A DNA stretch of 64,000 nucleotides. Origin: Thalia democratica (lineage: Eukaryota). Positions 26,001 through 41,000 of this stretch are shown one piece after another (positions within the stretch are counted from its first letter, which is position 1; each line of letters opens with the position of its first letter). Under the pieces are notes generated by a model that was not told the origin of the DNA, made no database searches, and was given only the letters and a program-made list of their open reading frames with translations. The position numbers and the translations under genes were made by a program. The DNA is taken from positions 44,392,001-44,456,000 of the forward strand of contig OZ241830.1 in NCBI GenBank assembly GCA_965202585.1, given 5' to 3'.

Positions 26001-29000
26001 GTTGAAAGATTTATATAAATGTCTGTGTAAATGTTTTAAATCTATAACTACTTTATTTATTAAACTTTATTGTATTTTAAACTTTGGAAAAACTGATAGT
26101 TAAAGATCAGTTTGAATAAAAAATAGTTTTATGGCTACTTTACAGAGTTAGCAAAAAAAAGTTTATTTTTAGATAATTATATTAGGACCTTTTCGTAACA
26201 AAAATTTTATTTAGTCAAACATTATATATATATATGACTTAAAAGCAATTAAAACTAATTTTTATTATTAGAATTTCAAATCTAAGTTAAAAGAGTTTTT
26301 CTAAAAAAAATTAAAGAAACAAGTACGACTGAACCTAAGATTTAATTTTAATAACATGATTAACAACTGTTATTTATTCATACAAACAAAATATTTAGTA
26401 ACTATAAGTAACAGACTCGAAAATATTTTTTTGTTTTTACCACTTAATTTTAAAGTGCAACCTAACAGTTTTCCTGCTACATGTACGACAAGGCGGTCAC
26501 CAGAGCCTACTTCAGAATGAACAGGGTGATCAGCTCGGTGAGGAACTTGCCGGTTGTCTTCAATCTATACACCAGGCGCCACACCAGTCGCCAAACGCTG
26601 GTCAAGCTCGTCAAGTACGCCATATACGCCTACTCCATGACCCACATCTGCGCCTGCTTCCTCTACTGGTGGTCCTGCGGTTACAGGAGTGTAGAGTTAG
26701 TTTCTTTTGTGTAAATAATATGCAGCTTGTAAAGTTTTCTAGTTCTTAGATTAGGAAATTTATGGTTGTTTTGTATACTTTTTGTTAAGTAGTTCATTTG
26801 TTGTATAAAACTTATATGTATTTATTGAAAATGTTCTAGGTATCAAATAAGGATAACAGATTTACTTCATTTATAAATTACATTATTAAGTTTACAATAT
26901 CTCTTAGTGTTTAAGTTCATTAGCTACAGTAGTTTATATTTTTGTTTCATGGTTATAATGCAAAGGTTATTTATAAAGTACGCTGCAAACTTTATTAAAT
27001 AAGGTAAATTATTTAAATATTATACATTTTGTTTTAATACAATATTATGTGTATTTGACTTTTTACTTTCCCCTGTTATAAAAATATACTGTGTTAAGTT
27101 AAGACATTACACTGGGTTTACCGAATTGGCGAATATCTAATATGTACAACCAGTTTCTAGTTTAAAATTAATAATTTTCCAAAAACTAAAGTAGTAGCTC
27201 TGAAAAGTAGTTGACTGCAAATTACCATTAGAATGTTTAGTAGATGTCCTTTAGAAATTCAGTGTACAACTGATAACTGCAACAAGCTTGATTTAAACAC
27301 TGAATATTACACCTTGTCAGCTTAAGTATGAGGATTAACACTTATAATGAAATAAAGTAATAGATCCTACCTTATAATTCTTGTTTTAAAAATTATCATT
27401 TACTTTATTACTTACTCAATTAGTTATTTTGCTTTTGTCTCATGATAACATTTTTGCTTTAAACTATTTATTTTTAATTTTTAATGATTTTTTAACTAAT
27501 TGCTCAATTAACAATTTGCATTCAATGACTTTACATATTTTTTTACAATTTTTTATTTGAAGCACTGACGAGCTCTTTGAGCGAAATATAGTTTGGTATA
27601 TAAACTTTTGAGAAAATATAAAAATTTATTTGTTCATCTTCTAAAAAATAGATACTTTAATTGTTTTCTAAAAACAAGCACATAGTATAAAAATGTTTAA
27701 GAAAATGTGCAAAATTCCACAAAACTAAATCGTTTAATGATATAAATATTAAAAACCTCAACGAAGTTTTGAGTTAGTTGTAAAATCGTTTTTAAAATAA
27801 ATATATTTTTTGGTGGAAAATTGTTTTATTTTTGTCTTATTCTTATCTTATTCTCTAATGAGTTCCAGCTGCTAACCTGCTTATTTAACCACTAGTTATA
27901 CTTATATAAAAATACTGGTTTTATATACTTTAAAGAGGTCAATATAAAAGACTTTAATGACGTTAGTATATTTTATCTGGCTTTATATTAACGAACACTT
28001 TAAAGATATTAAAAGTTTTTTTTGTCGATTTTAAAACATTGCAGTGACACTGAAGTAGTAACTTCGAAGTGTGCCAACTCAACATGGGGTCGGCAGTACG
28101 GCATAACCCACAGTACTTCCGTGCATAGCGACTACTTGAAAACGCTCTACTGGGTCATCACTACGCAAACTGGCACCGGGTTAGTTGTATTTGTTTTTCA
28201 ATTTTAACATAACTGATTAAAGTAAACTTTATATGTCTTAAAGCCCAAAGCTTTGTTTATTCTATTTGTTTTGTTTTGACATATAATTGTATATCGTTTT
28301 AACCACAGTGATATATTTTTATACTGGTTATGTTTATGGTCTTAAATATGTGGTCTCCAAGTACTTACTAAACTGACTGCTTTACTTACTAGTAGTTTAC
28401 AGTACTTATGTTACAAAACTTAAAGTAACTTATTAAGTTTTGAATAAGATACACTTTGAATTTTTGTCAAGTAGTTTATTAAAACTCAAGAAAGAAACTG
28501 TATTAGTTAATAAACAAATAATCTATTATAATACAATGCATGCAACAAATACTTACGAACTTGACAAAATAATTTTTCTACTACGAAACTCGCTTAGATC
28601 AGTGTTTTTAGACGTTAACTAGTGATTTGGTCGCTTGACAAAATATCATTTATTCTTCGCTAGACAACGTATATTTTCTTCAATGTAGGTTATGCTTTAT
28701 AGGCTTGAGCTTAACTTGTTGATCATGCAAACGTTATTTTATTGTAGCTTAGCGACATACGGCTTGCAGCACATATAGCAACTAACGCGTATTTGAAAGA
28801 CAAACGCCGATATATACGCATCGGAATGAAATTAAATCTTTCGAATAAACAATTTTGGTTTGGGAATTGGGAAAATTGTTTTGAGAAACTTATTACTGTT
28901 TTTTATGTTACAAAAAAATCCATATTTATTCACACGCTTTAAAATTATAAAATGTAATGTCGATTTCATTACATCGTTTTGAAAATATTGTTAATCTTGT

Positions 29001-32000
29001 CAGAAGTTTGCTTAGAAAACCAATTGTATTAACGTTTAAATTAAAAATCATAACAGTAAAACGTTACAGTTACGGCGACATACTTCCAAGGACACTACTG
29101 GAGCACGTCCTGATAATACTGACCATGTTGATCGGTAGTACCATGTACGGGTGGCTCGTCGCTCTCATATCGTGCATTATCAGCAACCAACTGAGAGAAT
29201 ATTCCGTGTTTCAGCAGTACATGAGCGCAACAAAGTTCTACTTGCAAGCGCAGAAGGTTTTGGTTATGTTTTAATGATGAGTTTGCAGACAATGCAATAA
29301 AGATTTAAATTAAATCATCGTTTTTAGGATAGTGTATGTATCCTGAAAAACAGAGTTGTGTGTTATGGCCATAAATTAAAATAAGTTTTTTAAATTTTCA
29401 TCACTAAACGAAAACGTTTTTAACAAAAGTATCAATTTGTAATAATTTCAATTTTATTAATTACAAATGTAAGTAGAAATGCATGGCACCAATTAAAATA
29501 AATATTGAACTGTGTACATCAGTTGGTTTTCAATTATAGCATTTAAAGGTAATAAAACAGTAACTCTTCTTATTGCACTTTTATTTTCATTCAACTGTCA
29601 AATATACAAAGCGTCTTTGTGCACTCCGCAACAGGTGCCGACAGAACTAATCAAGCGAGTGATGAACGTCAGAATGCTCGAGTGGGTGAGGTACAAGGGG
29701 GAGGCGACACCCGGTGGTCCAATTATCGGTTCTGAAGTCGGTCAGTAAAAAGCTTTCGATATTTACCTGGAAGTTGCTAGTAGTATGTTGAACCACACAA
29801 GTGTTTTAGTTTAATGTTTAGATAGATTCACCTCATATACAAATGATATTTTTCAAACTAAATTATTTTGAATTTAAAGTTGTCAGGCTTAAAAAAGTAG
29901 CTTTCTAAAGTATTTTCTTTATGCATTTGTATATAAAACAGGGTTGCCATAAAACCTGGAATTACCTGTTTGACAATTAAGACAAAAAAACTGGAAAAAC
30001 ATAGAGTTTCAATCAATTTTCACATGTAAAGATATTAAATTTAGATCAAAAAAAAAATAATTATGTATCATTAAGAATGTTACATTAATTTTTTTAAGTA
30101 GCATTACAGTAACTTTTTGATATTTTTTTACCTTAAATTTAATTTAATCCTAAAATGGAATAAAAAACTCGTATTTTCAAAAGCCTAAAATAAGTTTAGA
30201 AAACCTGTGAAAAAAACCCTTGGTAACCCTAATATAAATAAGATAATTTAAAACGTTCTACCTAACTTTCTAAATACAATAAATAGATTAATTATACAGT
30301 ATATTTTTAAGCAGAACTATATTTGAAAAAAATAAAAGCTAATCAAAACTAGAATATTTGAAATTACAGGATTTTATTAATATGTATGTTTGTATCGTTC
30401 ATGTAGGCCAATTTTCTCAATTTTTAAAAGTTTACCTAGTTAAAAGCTTAAAAAATGCAAAAACATATAATAGTTCTTTTTATTTTTGGATTTATGCTAA
30501 AATTGAAGTTTAAGTTTTGATTAAATACCTAACTAAAACTAGTTAACAAATTTTGAAATATACTTTTAAAGTTATAAAAAAGAAATAAATTAATTTTACG
30601 TTAATATAATTTTTATTGTTTTTTCTTCTTTCACGGCATTTTTAAAAGTTGAATGAATTCAAGTTAAAATTATGAAAAAGAAATGAAATACTTTTATGTA
30701 AATATAATTTTTTTTTGTTTTTTTTTAAGCTAGATTTTTCAAATTTTTACGAATTCAAATTTAAATTAAACCAAAGCGGCCTCGCGCTAACTAGCATAAC
30801 TCCAGTTGTAGACATATTTTTAGATTTAATTTAGAATTGTGATTTTCAAACCATTAGCTTTAACTGAAAAGTTCAACAATTATTTTTTATTATTTCTAGT
30901 AGACCAACGGTGTAAAGTAAACATCGGTTTAGAGATTATAATAAAAAAGTATTAATAGTTTTTTTTTCAAATACGTGAAAACAGGAGCAAGCTTATTAAA
31001 ACATCGATATTGAAAAATTCCTTAAAATTTAAGTGCAGTGACACATTAAAACTTTAATCTGTTTAAATCATGCGGTTTTCAGTAATTGTTTTATGAATCT
31101 GTATGGAATTCAGCAACTTATTATGTAATTATATGAATGTACAAATATTCACAAGAGTTTATTACAATTATATTTCGTCCTGTTGGACTTTTTAAGTAAA
31201 TAGCTCTGTAATAGTGAACATAAAGATAATGAAAAAATAATAATTTTTAACGATAGTAAAAAAGACAAAATATTTTTTTTCATTCCATATATAAATATTT
31301 TTATTCCATATTATAAGAATGTTTAAACAGTCGTTCCTTATAAGTTCTGTAGGAGTTTTGTAGAAAATAACTTTCATCTAGCTTAATTTTAAACCACACA
31401 ACTATTCTTTTAAAGTTAGCATTAGTTTTACTAATAACAAATTATCAGGACTTCCTACCGAGCTACGAGACATGCTGCTTTACGAAAGCGTGGGAAAGTA
31501 CCTGAAGGAAATCCCATTTTTTGATAATACCAGCGACTCATTTGTGTTGAGCTTGTGCCACTATGTGAGAACATACCTGTTCAACCCTGGCGATATCGTT
31601 GTGTACGAGGTTTGCTTACTTGTTGTTCATTGTATAAAAGTTGTACCTTAATTATAAGGATCAAATGTCAATCAAAATATATCAACTTTTATTTCAAATC
31701 AAGTATTAACGTTTCTTTTACGTTTATTTTTGCTTAATAAGTTTCTTGATTATTGTCCATTTATACTAAACACTAACTTTTAAACTAGCTATGCATATTT
31801 AAATTATTTTACTAAGTTTCTTTTAGAAATGCTTTATTTGTTCAATTAATAGTATTAGTACTTAATCTAAATTTTTAGTTTAACGACTTGTCTTTTTCAT
31901 GTTTGCAACAATGTCAGGAAAAGTCATGAAAAACTAAAAAAAATGACAAAAGTCTGGAAAAATAAGGGTTTTTGAAAAAAAGTCAGGAAATTTGACAAAA

Positions 32001-35000
32001 TTTGAAAAAACGTCAGATTTTTTCTTTTTAAATTTACAAAATTCGTTATTTTCCATAGCCTTCATCTGGTAAAAGTTAGTAAATTATCCTTTATAAAACC
32101 GCAAAGTTTTTCTATTTATATATTGAACAGATACCCTAATTAAACAAGCATTTTTTGTAAGGTTTATAGTTTTGATGATCTGTGGCAAGGACACTTCCAT
32201 AGTGAAATTGTGATGTATACACATAAGTTTATCTTGCAGAATTTTAGAATCTAAGTGTTTTTAGTTTAAGTAAATAATTAAGTTCTTTATAACTAAGCAC
32301 TAAGTTTAGTATTTTATGTAACAATTTTATGTGTACACTTTACCTCTTTATAATTTTTGCAAAGTTGTTTTAATTTGATAAATAAGTTATAAGAAAGGTA
32401 TATGCCATGGTTAAGTTACTTATTTATATTTTTTTGTAAGTTAACTGAAATTTAAAAAAAGAGTAGATTTAGTTGTTAAAAATTTTATACTAAATGATGA
32501 GAGGAAATATAAGGTTGAAAGCTTTATATAGTTTAAAGTGTTTGATTATGTATTTTAGAATATTTTTAAATTAAGAATTTGTGTATAAAAGTCAGGAAAA
32601 TTTTAATAAAAAATCAGGGAATTTTTCTCAGCTTGATCTGTGGCAACCCTGCTTCTTAATGATTGACGTGATGTCTTTGTATTAGATTGTTAAGTGTTAA
32701 ACTAATTTACGTATTTTTTGAAAACTCTAAAGCTCATTGACTTTATTAACAAACCGAAACTATAACTAATAATAATTTATATTCAAATGATAATAGTAGT
32801 AAAATAAAAACATGTAATTAACAGATGACTTCAGAAATAAAATTGTTTTAACCTTTAAAAACTACAAATTAAAAATGTTCTAAATTTCAAGCTGACTACA
32901 ATTAACTAACAAGGTGGTTCCAAAAGTAACTAATGTTTTTTGATTCATGGTGTGTTTTATCTTATTTATATTTTTTAACCTTTTGAGACCCTGTAACTTC
33001 TAACTTTTTTATTTAATTAAACAGTTTAGTGTATGTAATTTCAGTATCATACAGTATTGGCCAGAAGTTTTAAACTTTTTAAAAGCTGTGTAAAACAAGA
33101 CTCTAAAAAGTCTTTAAAACAAAGGTGAATACTTAATAACCTTATATTTTTTTAATCACTATGATCCACTTCTATTTGATAGTATACATCAAATATATTA
33201 CAAGTTTTTAAAGTTAATTGAAAAAAGAACATTTAAGATAATTACAATGAAGTAAGTATATATATTTAAAACATTTTCTAGATTAATTTTATTTTTTTAT
33301 TTTTCAATGCAAAATACTGTCCACAGGTACACATATTGGTAACCACTGGTCTAAAGGGTAGTACATGATAAAAAAATCGCTCACATTTTAATTGTTAAGT
33401 TTTTATTCTAGTATATTTAAGCATAAACTATGTATAGTTTAAGGTTTGTAAACATTATTAAGGGTTTTCAAACTAATCTAGTTTTATATGACAGTATATC
33501 ATTATGAAATTTGTAAATAGTATATATATATATATCATTGTAAAGTTGCTATAAATAAAATAAAATGTTGTTTTAAAACTTTGCTGTCTTTATATTCCAT
33601 AAAAAGATGACTAGTTTTTCTTCGAATTTATTTCTATTATACGGATCAAAGGTTGTTTCTATAAATATTGAAAAATTGTTGCATTAGACAAAACATTACT
33701 GTTATAGTCAGATATACCATTATTCTTTTTATTTTTCTTAGTAAAACTTGGAAATTTATTTCTTATTTAAGTTAAAAATGAAATTTCTTTAAAGATTTTG
33801 CATTTAAGGAGTAAAAAATGGTAATGATGATAAACCATGAAGTACGTATTAATTTCAACAAAACTACTGTTTTGTTTTGACTTTACTGCCTCGGTAAATA
33901 TATAACATGCTAAAAATAATAAGAAGTATTAGAAAAAAAAAAGATTAAACATAGTTTCCCAAAGGGTAACAATTTGTTCATTATAATGATTTTTTATCAA
34001 AAACCTGGTAGTTGATATTGCCCCTTAATTCTTAATGTAATTTCTATGCTCATTACACAAGTTTGACAATACCGCTGTTTGCTATCTTACAACGATGCTT
34101 ATCCGTATTAATATATAAACGCACAATAATATAATTTAGCGTACGGTTCCATAGTGTAGCGGTTATCACGTCTGCTTTACACGCAGAAGGTCGCGGGTTC
34201 GAGCCCCGCTGGAACCTTTTTGTATAATACACACTAATTGTTTATACTAGTTTATTAACACATTTTAAACTTTTCAACAAAATGCTCGTCAAAAATTCTC
34301 AATTACATTCTCGCATCAGTCGCGTCACTTTAAAACTTTCCAAAATTTACTTGGAATGTTCGACTTTTATTGAGCTTTTTAATTTTTGTATGTTAGATTC
34401 TTTCTAAACTTAAGTAAATAAAAAAAAATGAATTAAATTATTTTTTTGACTTTCAATTTTTTTGTAGTACTTACCTTTGTGTAAAAATGTTTATAAGTAT
34501 TTGTTTATGCTTTGTCAATAGTTAGTTAGTTAATTTATATTTTTAATCATATACAGTAAAGGAAAGTAAACACCAGTTTAAAGTTTAACCTGCTTCGGTT
34601 CTTTGCACATTTGACCATGGTTCAAAATCGTAGTGATATTTTAAAATAGAGTTAAAAATTAATTGAATGTTTTTTTTATTGATTTGTCAGAAATTTAAAA
34701 TTTTAACCTTGTATACTATTTTAAATTTTATGTTATACTAACTTAACAAACTTTTTTTATTTTCAAATAGATCATCTAGATAATTTTTTTGATACTTTAA
34801 GTTTTTTTTTAAATATACTAAAATTAAAGATTTAAAAGAGTAAATTTAAATTTTAAAAACCTGTTTTAATCTTTATATGATTTGTTTATATACACTGAAC
34901 TTTTTGATCTAACGGAAAGAAAAACAAAAAGAAATAACAAATTCATTTTAAATACTAAATTAAATGTAAAAATGTTAAAGCGCAACAAAAGTATTTGTTT

Positions 35001-38000
35001 TAAACTAAGCTTGATCAAACTAGCGTTCAATACACATTATTGGAAATGTTCAAGTTTCTAAAAAAAAACATAAACTGATACTACTTAATCATTTTAAGAC
35101 TTTCTGTTAAATCAGTGTTTCCAAAACTAAAAAAATTAAAGTGTATAAATTAATACTATTAAGTATAATTTTATTTTAACAACAAATATTTTAGTATCAA
35201 TTTTTGGTTTATACAAATATAAAACATACAATATATATTTAAGTTTAATAAAATTGCATTTTAAGCAAATTTAGAATGAATTACAAACCTTTGAAAATAT
35301 GTTTTCAGTTCGACAAATTTTTTATACACTTTAGAATTTTTATATATATTTAACCCCTTTTGATTTATTGGGTCTTTTTCGGTAGTTAAAGTTAACGCGT
35401 TGTGTAGGTGTAGTACTTATTTTATTCATAATTAGTTTACTGGTTCTAAAAATAATATAATAAAATTAAGATGAAAAATTTCAAAATTAAAAAGTAGATA
35501 TGGAAGTAAAAAAATGATCAATGAATCTTGGCAAAATTATATTGTATGAATTTAACTGCGATTTTTTGTAATTCAACTTAATAATAGATCTAAAAAAAGT
35601 TTCAAAGCTTGTTTAACATTATACAGATGTTTTTTGTCGATTTTGTTTTAAGTTTAAGTTAAGTTCAAAATTCATTACATGTAATTATATAGTAAAACAA
35701 AACTAAAGCAAAAGTTGTATATAAAATTAGAAGCCAATAACATACAAAGTAAAATTTACAACTAAATGGAACTGTAACTTAAACTTTACTTTTTAAATTT
35801 AAAAAAATAATTATATAATTTATTTTAACCCTGTTTTGTCGATATAAGCTTTGATATTATTAGTCCAAAATAGGAAGACTTTAGCGAACACTTTGAAAGA
35901 AAAATATCATATGTTTACTGTGTCTTATCTTAACTAAACCAGTGCTTCTGAAATGGGGTTCCGCGGAACCCTAGGGTTCCGTGACTACTCTCAGGGGTTC
36001 CGCGAAGCCTTTCGAAATTTAAAAAAGAAATTTGAAAGAAAGAAAAAACATAAATCATAAAACTTCAAAAAATATGGAACACATAAAATGGAAAACATAT
36101 ATAATTATAGCATTCATTGATCTGCTTAGTGTGTATCTAGCGGTAGGAAAAATGTATAGAATTCAACTTTTTTGACGAAATATACAACCACCTTTGGTCT
36201 TTATAGTTTCAACATTATTTACCTGAAGATGTTCGCATCGGAAATTTAGGGATTTTGAATCCTTTTATGTATGTTATTGCTTTAGAAGAAGTGAATCTTC
36301 CTACAGATACAGAAAACGATTTGCTGCAATTATCTGAAGATAGCAATTTAAAATTGAGTTTCAAAGGGAAGAAGCTTTTAGATTTTTGGATATGTGCAAT
36401 TTTAGAGTACCCCGTCTTAGCAAAGCGTGCAGTAAAATTTATTTTACCATTCACCACCACTTATCTTTGCGAGTCCTGCTTTTCGCATGTAACAAACATT
36501 AAAACAAAACAAAGGAACTGTATGCTGACTTCAATCTTATCTGCCTGTCTCCGTCTCAGTCTATCCAAAATCCAGCCGCGCATTTACATGCTTGTTGCTA
36601 AGAGACAAGTTCAAGTTTCGCACTAAATGTTTTTTATTTATTTTTCGTTAAGCATCTTACCCGTTTATTACAGTAATCTGTGAATTCGATTAGGTTCATG
36701 TTTATTTCGTTATTGTTTGTAGCTCTCATTTTGTTTTTATTATGCAAGGAAAGATTATTATGACGTTGCGATTAATCATGTTTGTTTTCGTTTATTCATT
36801 ATAGAATCATAAAATACCTATTGCCTCTGGCGCACTTTTAGTTTAACTCGACTTAATACTATTACAATCGGAATGATTTTTAACAATGATATAATTTTGC
36901 TAAAAAATTCGTTTTTCACTAAAGTTCTTTTGTTTTTTGAAGGAAATATTATATTAAATATTTTATGTAAAACTAAATTAGGGGTTCCGCGGAAAAGTTG
37001 AACTTTGAAAAAGGGTTCCGTCACTTGAAAAAGGTTCAGAAGCACTGAACTAAACAACTTAACTAAAGAATTTTAAGTTTGAAAAATATAATGTGAGTAA
37101 ATAATTTTTTAAATTTACTGCCCAGAAAGATTTATCAAGAAACTTGTACATAGTTAGGAGAGGTCATTGTAATGCCATGGATGAAAAACTTGTGAATGTC
37201 ATAAATCAATACAAACCTGCGGACTACTTCGGTGAAATTGAAGTTAGTTTTTTAATATTTCTTTTTTATGTTTCTATGTTAAGTCTTTAATATAAGTATT
37301 TTTATTAATGCAAAGCAAATTTTTGATTTTAAATTAGAATTTATTAAAATATATCAACTTTGATTTGTTAGTGGCTAGAATATGTATTGAAAATTACCTT
37401 ATATATTAACCTTAGAAAGTGCTCCTGGTGAGCCTCGTACCCACAACCTCCGCGTTTCTCCGTAACGGCGCGCCAATCGATTGAATCGGAGCTGCGCTGA
37501 AAGTGGCTAAATTAATTTAATAAAGTATTATTAAAAGTAGTGATACTTATAAAGTAATATTAAGCACTTTACTTTTAGTATAATTGATTTAAAGTAAAAC
37601 TATATATATATATGGGTTTACTATCATTTCTAACTCGCTATCATTTCTAACCCGATCATTTCTAACCCGATCACTTCTAACCCGATCACTTCTAAACCAT
37701 CATTTCTAACCTGATCACTTCTAACCCGATCATTTCTAACCCGATCACTTCTAACCTGATCACTTCTATCCCTATCATTTCTAACCCGATCACTTCTAAC
37801 CCGATAACTTCTAACCCGATCACTTCTAACCCGATCACTTCTAACCCGATCATTTCTAACCCGATCACTTCTAACCCGATTATTTCCAACCCGATCACTT
37901 CTAACCCGATCAGTTTTAACTCAATTTAACCCTATCATTTCTAACCCGATCATTTCTAACTCGATCGTTTCTAACCCGACTATTATTAATTCGGTCTGTA

Positions 38001-41000
38001 TTAATATTTTAATGTACTATTTTTCTAATGTAAAAATTTGTTTTAAAAACAAAATGATGTCAACAAAGTTGTTTTTTATCGAAATTTAGTTTATTTTGTT
38101 TAAAGTAAAACTTAATGTTTAGATAGCTTTAATAAAATTCAATTTTTGATGCTTATTTTTATTGGGAGTTGTTTTTATTCCTACGCTAGACCTACACATA
38201 AAAATCTGGGCCGCTTAAACTAAATAGCACATAACGAAGAGACAAAAATTTATATATCTTAAAATCAAAAACTACTGTTTTATCTTATTTTTAGATTAAC
38301 AGCAAATAAAATCAACACTTATTATAAGAATAATTAACTTATTTATGATTCGAAGGAGAAAATTTTAAACAAACTTGGTTTAACAAACAATTTAATTTAA
38401 TAATAAGCAACTCAAATATCAACTCTTTCAACGATCAGTTTGTTCCAATAAAACAAAACACAGCTGCACAATCTTTCATTTTAGAAATAACTTCAAATTT
38501 CTTTTCAGTAAACAACCTTCTCTGCAAAATTAAGCAATACATATTGAGACAACTTAGTAAATTTTTTCTATGATTTTAGTTCAGAAATCAGCAAAATAGT
38601 CTGAATCACATACTTCTACATTAAAATAAGGTTCAGTATTATTTTATAAAATTCATTTAGAATATACCACAGTGTCAGGATTCAAACAAACTATAAAAAT
38701 TTATGAATAAAACTTCTTCTTGTTTATACATCTACCAGGTTTACACATCCTAACTTTTAGAGTTAGGTTCCGCACATTTGTGCAACCGTTTGGTATTTCA
38801 TATTTTTTTTATAATTTCTTTTGTAGCTTTGCCAAAGCATAATCGAAAAATTAAAATAAACATTATTAAAATTAAAGTACATACAGCTGAAAAAAAAAAT
38901 CAAAAATTTAAATACATTGTCTGACCACTAAGTTTGAAACCTTAAGTCCAAAGCTTATTAATAATACAGGTCAAATAAACATTTATCGGAAACATTTAAA
39001 ATTGGTTTATTATTTACATAAGAAAGGCAATTCTAATAAAATCAAATTATAGAATTTACAACATCCTACATTACAAATCAATGGTTCATAAGTGTAAAAT
39101 TTGTTAAATTACTGATAGTTTCTATTATAAAGTATCTTATTTTAATCAAGTAAGCTTTAATCGAACTTGTTCAATTTTATGCAAATATTAGTTTTATTTA
39201 AAAGCTAACTCCACATTTAAACTGAAAGATATTTATGACTGCATTCATTTTTCGATTTATTTTCGTGATAATTAATTATTTTAATAGGGTTCAAAAATTG
39301 ATTAGAAATTAACTGTAGTTTTAAATTTTAAAAGCATTAGGAAAAGTATAAGTCTTCTGTATTCTAAAGATTAAGTATTAAGTTTTGATAGTCGTCAATG
39401 TAAGAAATTTAATGAGCATTGCCGCGGTTAAAGACTATTCTTTACTTTTCTTTAAAGAGATTCTATATGGTTAGTATAAATTTTAAGTTTGGAGACCAGA
39501 TTGGCAAGTACATTCAAATTTAGGGCAAATCTATATGAAATACCATTTTTCAAGAGTATTAGTATGAGTATATATAAAATTTAAAGTAATACAGTTAATA
39601 AAATTTAGTAATCTTAATTAGTATGGTTATTTCATTTGAAATTATAATCATTAAATTATAAGTTCTTAAAACGAAAGTTTATACTGTTTAACAAAAAGTA
39701 AAAAGTAGAGGAAAACGTTTATTTTTTTTTATAAATAGACCCTGTCATTTACTAGAACTTGAATTAGATTTTCTTAATTATTATTAAATAATTTAACCAA
39801 TTGGGTTATTTTATTGGTTTTTATGTTTTTGTCTTAACTACGTGGTCTCCAGTAACTTACTGACTGCTATACTTACGAGAAGTAAATAATATACAAACAG
39901 TATAAGTTACAAAACTATTTCCTAAGTTATGAATAAAACACACTTTGAATAAATGCAATTTAATTTATTTTCAATAATAATTCTTAGTTCTGAAGAAAGA
40001 AACTATTAAATCACGACACAAATAAAATCTATAAAAAGTATCAACAATCGTAAAGTTACATAAATACTAACATCAACTCCGCTATGTAGACGTTTTCTTG
40101 ATTCTCAATAATTGAAGTAAAACGTTACTTGATCGTACCGCGTAATAACTTTGCAACTAACTTTAACGCGTATTTGAAAGACAAAACGCCGATATATACT
40201 CGTCGGAATGAAATTAACTCCTTTAAGTGAACAATATTGTTTTAAGAAAATTGTTTTGAGAGTTATAAAAATTGTTTTGGAAAAGCTTGTTTTGAGAATA
40301 ATGAAAATTGTTTTTATTATTACAAAAAATTCCATATTTATTCACGAGCTTTAAAATATTAAAATGAAATGTTAGTTTCATTACATTACTTGTTTATTAT
40401 TTTTTAAACTAGTATTAAAAGCCTGGTTTTAAATAATTTAAATCCTTAAAATTCTACTTAACTTTAAACTTTTTTAACAGTATCAAAAGTCCGGTTAAAA
40501 AAAAAAGGAAGAAAAAGAAACTGTATTTCTTATTACAAAAATTACATAATTTACAAAAACTTTGATAAAACACAACAAGGTAACAATGATAGTCATTTAG
40601 TTGGCTTCTGGCTTGTTGTCCTCGAAGTTCTTGTTCTTGGGCTTGTTGTCCTCGGGCTTGTCGTCCTTGGGCTTGTAGTCCTCGGGGTTGTGTCCTTGGG
40701 CTTGTTGTATTCCGGCATTTCTCTTACGTTCTCTTCTACGGTGGTTTATTTAGCAGGAACGAATTTTTTTAATTCGCTTGTTCTTCTCTAAACTTCAAAT
40801 TCAAAAATTCATCGAATTCACTTGTTGACATAGAAAATATTCATCTTTTCATTTTCCATCATTGTAGTATTCATTTGAAAGAATTCATTCCAAAAAATAC
40901 GCGGCTCAAAAAAAAAAGTTGAGATATTCTTTCAAGAAAGTTTAGTAAAAACTACTATGTTATTATGCCAAAAGACAATAACGAAACTGTCAGTATTTAC

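Noticed and set aside
36255-36626. Domesticated ZBED-like gene
   Set aside because: Only a C-terminal fragment, inside intact TIRs and TSD; it is a deletion derivative
37692-37898. ORFs of (IGLEV)n / (SDRVR)n here and at 44878-45153 and 44948-45139
   Set aside because: They are translations of the 15-bp subterminal arrays; no evidence of coding
38400-38850. Possible decayed transposase exons on the minus strand within the foldback element
   Set aside because: Only short open stretches with no recognisable DDE or zinc-finger motif
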